Part shown: positions 16,955 through 26,527 of the stretch, piece after piece
Layout of the letters: each line of letters opens with the position of its first letter
How positions within the stretch are numbered: the stretch's first letter is position 1
Source of the DNA: Candidatus Kuenenia stuttgartensis
Lineage (GTDB): Bacteria > Planctomycetota > Brocadiia > Brocadiales > Brocadiaceae
NCBI RefSeq assembly: GCF_900232105.1
Contig: NZ_LT934425.1
Coordinates: 1,350,001-1,382,000 of the forward strand
Direction: 5' to 3'
DNA length: 32,000 nt
The notes under the pieces: model-generated
The model's input: the letters and a program-made list of their open reading frames with translations, nothing else
Database searches by the model: none
Told to the model about the DNA's origin: nothing
Translations under genes and position numbers: made by a program

Positions 16955-18322
16955 CTGAAAGCAGTATTAGTTCATTTATCTGGCAGCCGTCGTGGAAAAA
17001 CAGAAGTATTTTCTTCCGATAAAATAACTATCGGCGCCGATGCATCAAATGAAATTGCCTTTGATGCAAAAAAAGATACAAACATCTCCGCTTTTCATGC
17101 TGAAATACTACGGAAAGAATGTGAGTATCTGTTAATCGACAAAGGAAGCTTAAAAGGCACGCTGGTTAATCATAGAGTAATTAGCGAAATGGCACTTAAA
17201 GACGGTGATTTAATCGAATTTGGAGCAGGCGGGCCAACGGTGCGATTCCGTATAAAAATGGATGAAGATGATATTTGCAAACAATGGTCTGAAATATTGG
17301 AAGACTCTTTAGAGATTGCTCTTACTTCAAAGAAGGGGCGTTTCAACACTGCAACGGGATTTTTTAAACAACTTTTATGGGAGATTTACACCCAAATATC
17401 GCACCATATCAAATTGCGTATTATTTTAACACTGGTTGTCTTTTCCGGTATTGTGATCGCATATTTTTTTGTTCAAAATATCAAATTAACACAAACCGTC
17501 GAAAAGGTGAAAATGCTAGAACTCGAAAGGTCTATTGCAGAAAACATAATAAAAAAGTATACTAACGGCGTTTGCCTTATTCAGGGAGCCTTTTCCTATT
17601 ATGATGAAGAAACTGGTGAACCGCTTTTTATGATGGGAAGAAGGACCGGGATAAATGAATATACCGGCACTGGTTTTTTAGTTAGCGAAGAAGGCCTGAT
17701 CATAACCAATCGTCATATTGCCGAACCATGGTGGGAACTTGATACTTTCTCTGCGCCACAGTTAGATCCGGGGGTAAAACCTAAGTTTGTAGTATTCAGG
17801 GCGTTTTTCCCAGGAATCAAAGAACCGTTCCCCCTGACGGTGGAAAAGGTTTCAGATGAAGTGGATGTAGCATTGCTTCGCATAAATACCGGTGGCATAA
17901 ATATTCCGGTGCATGAATTAGATACAACAGACAAGGGAGCCGTTGTGGGAGAACCAATATTACTACTGGGATATCCTGCGGGAATAAAGGCCATTTTTGC
18001 AAAGATGGATCCGGAACTGGTAAGACAATTTATTCACATCCCTTTTATTCAGTTAGTTCAGGAACTTTCCAATTTCGGCTTTATAAAACCCCTTGCCACT
18101 CAAGGCCATTTAAGTGATATTATGGAAAACAGACTGGTATATGATGCCCAAACAACAGTTGGCGGAAGCGGCGGTCCTATATTTAATAAAAAAGGGCTGG
18201 TTATCGGAATTAATTATGGGATATTTCCGGGATTCAGAGGATCCAATTTTGGCGTTCCAGTACGTTATGGATTATCTCTTCTCAAAGAAGTTTCCAAAAG
18301 TGTAAAGGATAAAAAAAAATGA
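16955..18322 (+). CDS. FHA domain - transmembrane - trypsin-like serine protease; non-canonical start proposed
   Basis: FHA-like segment VFSSDKITIGADASNEIAFDAKKDTNISAFHAEILRKECEYLLIDKGSLKGTLVNHRVI...LKDGDLIEFG lies upstream of the first ATG (17189); TM LRIILTLVVFSGIVIAYFFV; protease motifs GTGFLVSEEGLIITNRHIAE, DEVDVALLRI, TTVGGSGGPIFNKKGLVIGINYG. In-frame TAA at 16934; AAGGAG at 16941 then CTG at 16955 (ATT at 16949 is the alternative). Confidence 0.82.
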   Translation: MKAVLVHLSGSRRGKTEVFSSDKITIGADASNEIAFDAKKDTNISAFHAEILRKECEYLLIDKGSLKGTLVNHRVISEMALKDGDLIEFGAGGPTVRFRIKMDEDDICKQWSEILEDSLEIALTSKKGRFNTATGFFKQLLWEIYTQISHHIKLRIILTLVVFSGIVIAYFFVQNIKLTQTVEKVKMLELERSIAENIIKKYTNGVCLIQGAFSYYDEETGEPLFMMGRRTGINEYTGTGFLVSEEGLIITNRHIAEPWWELDTFSAPQLDPGVKPKFVVFRAFFPGIKEPFPLTVEKVSDEVDVALLRINTGGINIPVHELDTTDKGAVVGEPILLLGYPAGIKAIFAKMDPELVRQFIHIPFIQLVQELSNFGFIKPLATQGHLSDIMENRLVYDAQTTVGGSGGPIFNKKGLVIGINYGIFPGFRGSNFGVPVRYGLSLLKEVSKSVKDKKK

Positions 18323-19011
18323 GGCAATTTTCTTCCTATTTGTATAAAAAAACAGGTATTTCAGCATTTTTTATCTTTTTACGAATGGCGAATTATGCCT
18401 TCATTGTTTTTTTAATTTCCATATTCGTATTATTCTCGCAGCATTCATTTGCCCATTCCGACGGGGCGCCCCTGGCAAATGTAGGCGCTGCGACAACCAA
18501 AGACGGCTGGGCTCTTTATGCTCCAGCCTTTTCTACATGTAACGTTCTGGGATGCCATTACCAATATACCGTGGGTTCGGGTAAGGGCAAATTTATGTTA
18601 TTTGTTTTAGATGAGTGTGAACCGGGAGAAATTATTGATATTCTGGTTTCGTTTAAAAAAACGGATACGTATTATCATGGCTTTCAAATTGCAGCGCAAG
18701 ACAGGTATTTTAACCGATTAGTGGGCAATTTTATTAACGTCGGAGACGACGACGATACACAAGTGGAAGCGGGCGGCCTTTACGCAACTCATACGAAAAA
18801 AGGCACAAACCAAAAATACTGGCATGTAAAATGGCAGGCACCGCCCGAGGAGTTCTGGGTCGCCAATCCCGTCAGATTCTTTGCCATTGGATTGGAAGCC
18901 GACAATGACGGCACTGCTATGGGAGATTATGTGTACAGCGCAACAAGGAATATTGTTGTTAGATCCAGAAAATTTCGCAATATGCAAATGCAACAATTAA
19001 GAAGGGAGTAA
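18319..19011 (+). CDS. Exported Reeler/choice-of-anchor-V-like protein with CX4CH motif
   Basis: Signal-peptide-like MANYAFIVFLISIFVLFSQHSFA, CNVLGCH, then GKFMLFVLDECEPGEIIDILVSFKKTDTYYHGFQIAAQD...VKWQAPP...PVRFFAIGLEADNDGTAMGDYVYSATRNIVV. ATGA overlap with the preceding gene. Confidence 0.65.
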   Translation: MRQFSSYLYKKTGISAFFIFLRMANYAFIVFLISIFVLFSQHSFAHSDGAPLANVGAATTKDGWALYAPAFSTCNVLGCHYQYTVGSGKGKFMLFVLDECEPGEIIDILVSFKKTDTYYHGFQIAAQDRYFNRLVGNFINVGDDDDTQVEAGGLYATHTKKGTNQKYWHVKWQAPPEEFWVANPVRFFAIGLEADNDGTAMGDYVYSATRNIVVRSRKFRNMQMQQLRRE

Positions 19012-19015
19012 TTTT

Positions 19016-19576
19016 TTGAAACGGAGATATTTTTCTGTTGTATTACTGTTACTGACTATGTTTTGCTTCATGCATACATCATATGCATCTACGCTTGATT
19101 TTTCATGGACTGCGCCAAAGACATATGTGCATAATGCAGGGACAAAAGGGGAGTTGCACTATATTGTCTGGTTTTATAACTTAAAGAATACTATCGGGAA
19201 AACAATCATGGTGCCCATAGATGTATTTATGAAAACGGATACAGGAGAAGAATATGCCGACGCATATTATCCGGAACTTGTAGATTACATTAAAGAATTA
19301 GACGAGGATTTTTACGAAGGAAAGAAATATCAGTATGCCGCAATTGCAAAAGGGGAATTAGCGCCGGATACAACAAAACATTGTATCGCAATGTTCGAGG
19401 ATATAGCGCCACAGGCAAAACAAGTTGAAATCTTTGTAACGGGCATATTGCATTTTTTCTTATGGCGACAGAAAATGGTCGATTATTCTTATAAAATTAC
19501 GTATAAAAAAGAAAGGGATCAATGGAAATTGATTGAACATGGCATGAGCAAGGAGTGTGTTGGGGTCACGCCTTGA
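19016..19576 (+). CDS. Exported hypothetical protein (186 aa)
   Basis: Signal peptide MKRRYFSVVLLLLTMFCFMHTSYAS; TTG start 4 nt after the upstream stop, GGGAG upstream. Confidence 0.6.
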   Translation: MKRRYFSVVLLLLTMFCFMHTSYASTLDFSWTAPKTYVHNAGTKGELHYIVWFYNLKNTIGKTIMVPIDVFMKTDTGEEYADAYYPELVDYIKELDEDFYEGKKYQYAAIAKGELAPDTTKHCIAMFEDIAPQAKQVEIFVTGILHFFLWRQKMVDYSYKITYKKERDQWKLIEHGMSKECVGVTP

Positions 19577-19664
19577 ACACCATGCTTAAACTTACGGCAA
19601 ATACTACCCCAATACCCTAATTATCCAGTCCGCCTTAGTTACCCGCCCAGTTGTTATTAAAAAG

Positions 19665-21128
19665 TTGAGGTGTACCCTGGATTTGCGTCCGCCGATTCTT
19701 TATCTTGATGATATAGAAGTGCAAAGGAAAAAAGGAAGGAATGTCGCCATTGTAAAAGGAACGGTCGTGGATGATCATGACATAAAAAGTCTCTCTATAA
19801 ATAATACGGTTGTTCCGCATGGCGATGAAAAGGAGGTACATTTCCAGCAGGAAATAATTTTAGAGGAAGGAAACAATGTATCATTCAGGGTGACAGACGT
19901 TGCCGGAAACGAAACAAGCGGAGAGCAAAAATTGACGGTAAAGGCTTCGCTCTGGCCTTAAGATAAATGGAGTGAAATTAAATTTACGCAAAATACCACA
20001 ATCAACAAACCCGTTTTGCTTGCCGCAACCAGGCTAAGCGGATCCCTTATCAATACGTTTCTCGCCTCTCAAACCGCCGTTGCGCCTGATACAAAAAACA
20101 ATACTTCGTCTCAAATCAAAGGCGAAGATATATCTTCACCGATTATTCGCAGCAGCATAAAGCCGTGCATCGTGTACGATAAAAACTTTTTCTTTAGCGG
20201 AGAGGCGCATGATGACAGCGGCATTGAAAAATTGTTTATTAACGGGGAAGTCATAGACATCAGGCCTGGCAAGCATGTATTCTTCAATCATTTCCTCAAA
20301 CTCAATGAAGGGGAAAATACCGTTACGGTGAGGGCAATTGACGCAGAAGGCAACGAAGCCGCACTTTTTCCGGTTGTTATTGAGAAAAAACCTTTGAATT
20401 ATTTGATATGGAAGCCAGGCTTACCATTTCCTTGCTCCCGTTGAGAACGTATTCTGGAGCATCCAGATACTCCGTGGCATTGCAGCCGCTGCAGTCATCT
20501 GCACACAAGGGAGTACCGGCAGAACGGCTTTACGCCAAACTCCTCAATGCCTTCGATGAGGACTCTAAAAGGTTTAATTTTGTAGAAAGAGATCAGACAA
20601 AATTGCTGGAAATACTAAAGGAACAAAAAATCAGCAACTCTGAACTGGCGTCGCCGGATACCGCCATTAAGATCGGGAAAATAAAGGCGGCGGAAGGCAT
20701 GCTCTTTGGTTTCGGTTGAGGAAAATGACAAAGGAATAAATGTCACATTGCGGCTTGTGGATACTGAAACAACGCAAATACTGGCGAATACGGATGTTTA
20801 CGACGAAGATAAAAATGATAAAAACATTAATTGGCTCATGTACGGCCTTGCGTTAAAAATGAAACAGCAGTTTCCGATGACGCAGGGAGAGGTCATACAC
20901 GTCTCAGGAAAGGGATTTCATGTGAACGCAGGCGCAAACCACGGGCTTTCAATAGGGATGAAATTGCTGGTTTTCAGGGAAATAAATGTGGGGAATTTCA
21001 GGATAAAAGAACCCCTGGAGGTAATCGCACGCGTTGTCTATGTGCAGCCGGATACGTCTTTCGTCAAAATTACCACGGCAAAAGACTCTGTAGATATAAT
21101 GAAGGATGATATGGTGATTACGAAATAG
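19665..21128 (+). pseudogene. Fragmented gene for a multidomain surface/periplasmic protein with repeated Ig/PKD-like modules and a CsgG-like C-terminus
   Basis: Frame 3 NVAIVKGTVVDDHDIKSLSINN...LEEGNNVSFRVTDVAGNETSGEQ, stop at 19959, then in the same frame FFFSGEAHDDSGIEKLFINGEV...LNEGENTVTVRAIDAEGNEA; frame 2 (20408-20719) AERLYAKLLNAFDEDSKRFNFVERDQTKLLEILKEQK...AEGMLFGFG*; frame 3 again (20706-21128) VSVEENDKGINVTLRLVDTETTQILANTDVY.... Confidence 0.75.
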
Positions 21129-21317
21129 GATGGAAGAAAATCAGGGATAATGGCGGAATGGCATGGATGACGTTTGGTACAGTCAATAATGGAATTGACA
21201 ATACAAAGGTTATGATTGCAAACGGCGCTACTAAAAATCATGGTTTACCTGCTGCCGCACAATGTTTGGTTAAGTTGTGGAGTGAATTAACGGATAGGGC
21301 AAAAGATACTTTTTATT

Positions 21318-21818
21318 TTACAGTACGCCTCTGGGAGGTTGGAATTTTTCGATGAGTTTCTTTATGAACGAAAGTTCTTCTCTTTGGGTCTCAAGAATGG
21401 TTTCCATCTGTGTTTGCCGGCGATGCATCTGCCATTGCATGCGTAGCACAAACCCAAAAATTACCAGGGCAATGGTTATAAAAAGCCCAAGCGTCCATTG
21501 TAGTGTGTCAAAACGATTGCCTACTTCTTCAAAACGGCTGTTTATGTCTGTACGGAGGTCGTCGATGCGTTTATTGAGCTTGGAGTCAAGAGCGTCGATA
21601 CGTTTATTGAGGTTGGAGTCTAGATCATCAATGCGTTTATTGAGGCTTTTATCCACGGTATCAAGCTTTTCATCAAGTCTTTTTAAATTTCCTCGTATTT
21701 CAGCAAGTGACTCTATGATCTCACGGTCAGATATGCGGGGGGCGGTCTCTACGGCAATGACGGTATGCTGGAGAATAAAGAAGGAGATCAGTATGATGGC
21801 GCTCAATATCTTATTCAT
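21318..21818 (-). CDS. Exported or membrane coiled-coil protein with 11-residue repeats and C-terminal TM
   Basis: MNKILSAIILISFFILQHTVIA signal/TM; LNKRIDDLDSNLNKRIDALDSKLNKRIDDLRTD; TM LQWTLGLFITIALVIFGFVL. Confidence 0.7.
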   Translation of the reverse strand: MNKILSAIILISFFILQHTVIAVETAPRISDREIIESLAEIRGNLKRLDEKLDTVDKSLNKRIDDLDSNLNKRIDALDSKLNKRIDDLRTDINSRFEEVGNRFDTLQWTLGLFITIALVIFGFVLRMQWQMHRRQTQMETILETQREELSFIKKLIEKFQPPRGVL

Positions 21819-21903
21819 AATGCAAAAGGCTACTTTTTGTGCCGGGTATTGTCAACAGAAAAATGAAGGACACCGGATTTGCACGGATTAAATACAAATT
21901 TTA

Positions 21904-22000
21904 GTAGGGGCGAAGCATTTGCGATAACTGGCATACATGCGTTCATGTCCAAACATGCAAATGCTTCGCCCCTACGGTTTCAAAAAACCAAAGTGTTACA
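21904..22000 (+). repeat. Dispersed repeat family 2, copy 2 (TIR core 21904-21975)
   Basis: GTAGGGGCGAAGCATTTGC...GCAAATGCTTCGCCCCTAC followed by TTTCAAAAAACCAAAGTGTTACA. Confidence 0.9.
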
Positions 22001-22105
22001 AAAACTATAGTGTAACAAAAATTTATGGATTATTCTGCCATGGACGCATGAGCGCCCTGTATGTGCATTTCTACATGGAACGTAGTATGAAACGAGGATA
22101 TTTTT

Positions 22106-23045
22106 ATGAGACAAAAACAAATATTTTTTGCGTTAACATGCATCTTCCTGTCTCTGCCATTATCACGGGCAGCCTTTGCACAATTTTCCCTATCGCCTCC
22201 AAATATTAACTCGGTTCCGCTGCCCACCGGTTCGGGCGCAAGGGCTATTGCACAGGGAAGCGCCTTTATAGCCGTCGTGGACGGCGCTACTGCCGCCTCA
22301 AGGAATCCCGGCGCCCTGACACAGTTGTAAAAGCCGGAAATCTCCATAGTGGGTTCTTTTCTGGCAACGGATCAGGATTTTGATCCGGGGCTTACCGGAC
22401 TCACCCTTGACAATGAATCCGTATCGCGTGGCGATTTGAATTACGCCAGCGCTGCGTATCCTTTCAGGGTCTTCGGGAAAAACATGGTTGCGGCGTTAAA
22501 CTATCAGCAGATTTATGATTTCCACATGGACGTGGACCTTAGCATGTCCATTGATGACCCATCCCCGCCGTCATTAAATTACATGCAAACGATACAATTT
22601 GAATCAAAAGGCGGCATCGGGGCGTTAACGCCCGCGCTGTCAGTACTTGTCACGCCCAAAATATCCGTCGGCATACTGGTCAACATTTGAGCAGAAAGAC
22701 GAAGAGGGCAATACATCACGTCCACTGGAAGGCGCATCCACAGACAGAGATATTGATGACACCTTTGCCATCAGTACCGGTAAGGAATATTTGATTTTCC
22801 GCAAAAAAACCATCATTCCTCTTCTCGGGGGACTTTTTTATGATCCCAGCCCCTCACTTGGAAATCCTACCAATGTGTACGGTTTTAGCGTTGGAAGCGG
22901 CATTTCCACGAAACGATTCAGCCTTGACGCCGCCTACCAATTCAGATGGGCAAATGACGTTGACGGCGAAGATTTTGGACTATCGGGCACCAGCTTTGAC
23001 CTCAATGAACACATGTTTCTTACCTCCCTTATTGTTTATTTCTGA
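22106..23045 (+). pseudogene. Decayed outer-membrane beta-barrel protein (OmpP1/FadL-like or PorV-like)
   Basis: Signal peptide plus PTGSGARAIAQGSAFIAVVDGATAASRNPGALTQL, TAA at 22328, same frame continues KPEISIVGSFLATDQDFDPG...; frame break near 22690; frame 3 then gives GFSVGSGISTKRFSLDAAYQFRWAND...EHMFLTSLIVYF with a C-terminal aromatic residue. Confidence 0.75.
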
Positions 23046-23308
23046 TCTGCATTGTCAACGCCAACCCGATAATGGTGAAATCCGAAACACGAAATCCGAA
23101 ACAAATTCTAATGACAAAATGATTTGAAATTCTAAACAAATGCGTCTTCCGTTTGTTGCCAAAAAGATAAAACATTGACACATAAACGAGTAAGAATGTA
23201 GAATATCGCAGAAACGTCTGCCTTTTGGCGGACAGTGAGAATTATGGGGTTGTGAAGATTAAGGAATAGCATTGAATTGAAACGTAATCTTGTTGGGAGG
23301 CATGCAGT

Positions 23309-24325
23309 ATGTCGGGAAGTAAAATTATTACCGTACAAAGACATATAATTGAACAAGAGCGGGATCACCCTGAGGCCACAGGCGAGCTGACAGGGCTACT
23401 GTGGGACTTAACCATTGCCGCAAAGATCATTTCACGGGAAGTAAATCGTGCCGGGCTTGCCGATATATTGGGTCTCACAGGACAGGAAAATATCCATGGA
23501 GAAGAAGTTAAAAAACTAGACGAGTATGCCAATGACGTCATTATAAAATCCATGGATCATGGAGGTCATCTTTGTGTTATGGCATCGGAAGAAAATGAAG
23601 ACATTATCCCGATACCAGACCAGTATCCCAAAGGCAAATACATGCTCATGTTCGACCCCCTTGACGGATCTTCAAACATTGACGCAAACGTAAGCGTAGG
23701 CACCATATTTTCCATTTATCGAAGAAAAACGACTGCTGGCAATGGAACACTTGAGGATTGCCTGAGAAAGGGCGTGGAGCAAGTTGCCGCGGGTTATATT
23801 GTATATGGTTCAAGCACCATGCTGGTATATACTGCCGGACACGGTTCCCATGGATTCACGCTTGACCCTGGCATCGGAGAGTTTTTACTCTCGCACAAAA
23901 ACATTCAAATCCCTTCCAGAGGCAAGATTTACAGTATCAATGAGGGAAACACAAATACATGGGACGAAGGGACACGTAAGTATATTAACGATCTGAAAAA
24001 GGTAACCCCTGAGACGGGGCAAAAGCCTTATTCTCTCCGGTACATTGGTTCCCTGGTGGCAGATTTTCATAGAACCCTTTTGTATGGAGGCATCTTTCTG
24101 TATCCTGCCGATTATAAAGACCCGAACAAACCAAAATCAAAACTCAGATTGCTCTATGAAGCAGCTCCACTTGCCTTTATTGTTGAACAGGCAGGCGGCA
24201 AGGCTTCCACCGGCGATACTGCCATCATGGAAATAAAAGCGGAACAACTCCACCAAAAAACGCCTCTTATTATCGGGAGCAAAGAAGACGTGGAGAAATA
24301 TGAAGGATATTTCAAAAATAAATAA
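23309..24325 (+). CDS. fbp: Fructose-1,6-bisphosphatase class I
   Basis: [99 protein letters not shown]. Confidence 0.97.
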   Translation: MSGSKIITVQRHIIEQERDHPEATGELTGLLWDLTIAAKIISREVNRAGLADILGLTGQENIHGEEVKKLDEYANDVIIKSMDHGGHLCVMASEENEDIIPIPDQYPKGKYMLMFDPLDGSSNIDANVSVGTIFSIYRRKTTAGNGTLEDCLRKGVEQVAAGYIVYGSSTMLVYTAGHGSHGFTLDPGIGEFLLSHKNIQIPSRGKIYSINEGNTNTWDEGTRKYINDLKKVTPETGQKPYSLRYIGSLVADFHRTLLYGGIFLYPADYKDPNKPKSKLRLLYEAAPLAFIVEQAGGKASTGDTAIMEIKAEQLHQKTPLIIGSKEDVEKYEGYFKNK

Positions 24326-24352
24326 AAATATACGGAAGGGAGTATACTGTTT

Positions 24353-25741
24353 ATGCTATACACAACAAAAGAAGAACTATTCAATAATATCAAAGGCATT
24401 ATCGATATTCAAAAAGACGGAACTGTTTCTATAATCAATAAAGATGCGTTAAGAACAAAAACGATAGATAAAATCGTTTACAATGCCGTTTTCAACAGTG
24501 ACAGCAATCTGAAAGATATCTCACGGTGGCTAATCTGGTCGGCCAGTAATGCGCTTGGCAATGCGTCATCTTCCATACAATCGCTTTATGATGCGATGGG
24601 ACGGAGAGAATACAAGGGTTTCACCGTGCCGGCCATCAACATTCGGGGACTTACCTATGACGTTGCCCGCGCTGTGTTTTGTGCGGCAAAGAAAAACAAT
24701 GCGGCTGCAATAATATTTGAGATCGCACGATCGGAAATCGGATATACCGGTCAGCGGCCTGCAGAATACACAGCGGTTGTCCTTGCGGCAGCTATCAGGG
24801 AAGGGCATGAATACCCTGTATTTATTCAGGGCGATCACTTCCAGATTATTCTCCGGAAATACCAGGCAGACAAAGAAGCAGAGCTTGCTACGGTAAAAAA
24901 CCTCATAAAAGAGGCCATCGATGGAGGTTTTTATAATATTGACGTCGATACCTCTACACTGGTCGATTTGAGCAAACCCGATCTTGCCGGGCAGCAACGT
25001 CTCAATTTTGAACTTGCCGCCGAACTTACCGCGTATATCAGGTCATTGGAACCAAAGGGCATTACGATATCCGTTGGCGGAGAAATCGGCGAAGTGGGAA
25101 AAAAGAACAGCACTATTGAAGAACTGCGTGCGTTCATGGATGGATACAACGCCACTTTAAAAACAAAGGGCAGCGGATTAAAAGGCATCAGCAAAATCAG
25201 CGTGCAGACGGGCACATCCCATGGAGGGGTCGTACTTCCTGACGGAACCATTGCCAACGTGAAACTGGATTTTGACACTTTAAAAACCTTGTCAAATACT
25301 GCAAAGGATGAATACGGCATGAGCGGGGCAGTGCAGCATGGCGCTTCAACGCTTCCTGCTGATGCGTTCAGCAAATTTCCGGAAGCAGATACGGCGGAAG
25401 TGCATCTCGCCACAGAATTTCAAAATATGATTTATGATAACAGCGCCTTCCCCGCAGATTTTAAGAAAGAGATATACGAACTCCTCAAAGACAAATGCCG
25501 CAGCGAATGGAAGGAAGGCCAGACCGAAGAACAGTTTATCTACACAACCAGAAAAATGGGATTCGGCCCTTTCAAGCAGAAATTCTGGGATTTACCGGAA
25601 AATATCAGGGCAAAAATCGGACAGGATCTTGAAGATAAATTTGACTTCCTCTTTAAAAAATTAAACATAGTCAATTCAAAAGAGATCATTAAAAACACAA
25701 TTCAACCGGTACCGGTAAAGGTAGCATTGCCAACACCTTGA
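24353..25741 (+). CDS. Class II fructose-bisphosphate aldolase family protein
   Basis: YKGFTVPAINIRG, YPVFIQGDHFQI, NIDVDTSTLVDLS, GGEIGEVGKKNSTIEELRAFMDGY, SVQTGTSHGGVVLPDGTIA, MSGAVQHGASTLPADAF, VHLATEFQNMIYD. Confidence 0.9.
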   Translation: MLYTTKEELFNNIKGIIDIQKDGTVSIINKDALRTKTIDKIVYNAVFNSDSNLKDISRWLIWSASNALGNASSSIQSLYDAMGRREYKGFTVPAINIRGLTYDVARAVFCAAKKNNAAAIIFEIARSEIGYTGQRPAEYTAVVLAAAIREGHEYPVFIQGDHFQIILRKYQADKEAELATVKNLIKEAIDGGFYNIDVDTSTLVDLSKPDLAGQQRLNFELAAELTAYIRSLEPKGITISVGGEIGEVGKKNSTIEELRAFMDGYNATLKTKGSGLKGISKISVQTGTSHGGVVLPDGTIANVKLDFDTLKTLSNTAKDEYGMSGAVQHGASTLPADAFSKFPEADTAEVHLATEFQNMIYDNSAFPADFKKEIYELLKDKCRSEWKEGQTEEQFIYTTRKMGFGPFKQKFWDLPENIRAKIGQDLEDKFDFLFKKLNIVNSKEIIKNTIQPVPVKVALPTP

Positions 25742-26017
25742 TTCGTTAATTCGTTGATTGGTCAAACAGTTAAATCGTTTTAACTACCTAACGACTTAAC
25801 GACTTAACCACTTAACCATTTTGTCAATTTAACCATATTTGAAAATTCAGTTGACTTTCATAATTTCTCATTTATTATTCATTATACAATAATGCTGCCG
25901 ACGGAAATGATAGTATATTGACAATTCCTTCCGGATTCTCAATTTAATCTTCCAGGAATTTTCAATCTTTTAAATAAACACTACATTAAGTGTATTTTAA
26001 AATAATTCCGGTGAAAT

Positions 26018-26524
26018 ATGTTGGAAGCAGTTAAAAATTCTGAAATTCCTGTAAATCGTAGAAAATTGCTCTACTTTACCGGCTGGGGTTTTATAGGTAT
26101 ATTTGCTGCCACAATCACCGGCTCAATTATCAGATTTTTTTTCCCCAGAACTATCTTCGAACCCCCCACGCGTTATTCAATCGGTTTCCCCTCCCAATAT
26201 GCTTCAGGCGTAAGCGAAAAATTTAAAAAACAATTCAGGATTTGGATAGTCAAGGAAGATGATACATTGTATGTCATTGAGGCAAAGTGTACTCACCTGG
26301 GCTGTACCCCGAACTGGTTGGCCTCCGAGGGGAAATTCAAATGTCCATGTCATGGCAGCGGTTTTACCCCTGATGGAATTAACATTGAAGGCCCTGCGCC
26401 GAGGCCCCTGGAGCGATTTAAAGTGGCATTGGGCGATGACGGGCAGATCATTGTCGATGAAAGCACCCGATACAGGGGTGAACGGGGTGAATGGGACAAA
26501 CCCGGGGCATTTTTAAAGGTATAA
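26018..26524 (+). CDS. Rieske [2Fe-2S] protein of a bc1/b6f-type complex
   Basis: N-terminal TM GWGFIGIFAATITGSIIRFFFP, CTHLGC...CPCHGSGF. Confidence 0.96.
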   Translation: MLEAVKNSEIPVNRRKLLYFTGWGFIGIFAATITGSIIRFFFPRTIFEPPTRYSIGFPSQYASGVSEKFKKQFRIWIVKEDDTLYVIEAKCTHLGCTPNWLASEGKFKCPCHGSGFTPDGINIEGPAPRPLERFKVALGDDGQIIVDESTRYRGERGEWDKPGAFLKV

Positions 26525-26527
26525 TCC

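Noticed and set aside
21352-21891. Plus-strand 179-aa ORF rich in Ser/Arg/Leu
   Set aside because: Antisense to the hendecad coiled-coil protein; its repeats mirror that 33-bp repeat.
22030-22347. Minus-strand 105-aa ORF
   Set aside because: Antisense to the signal peptide and N-terminus of the decayed barrel gene; no independent evidence.
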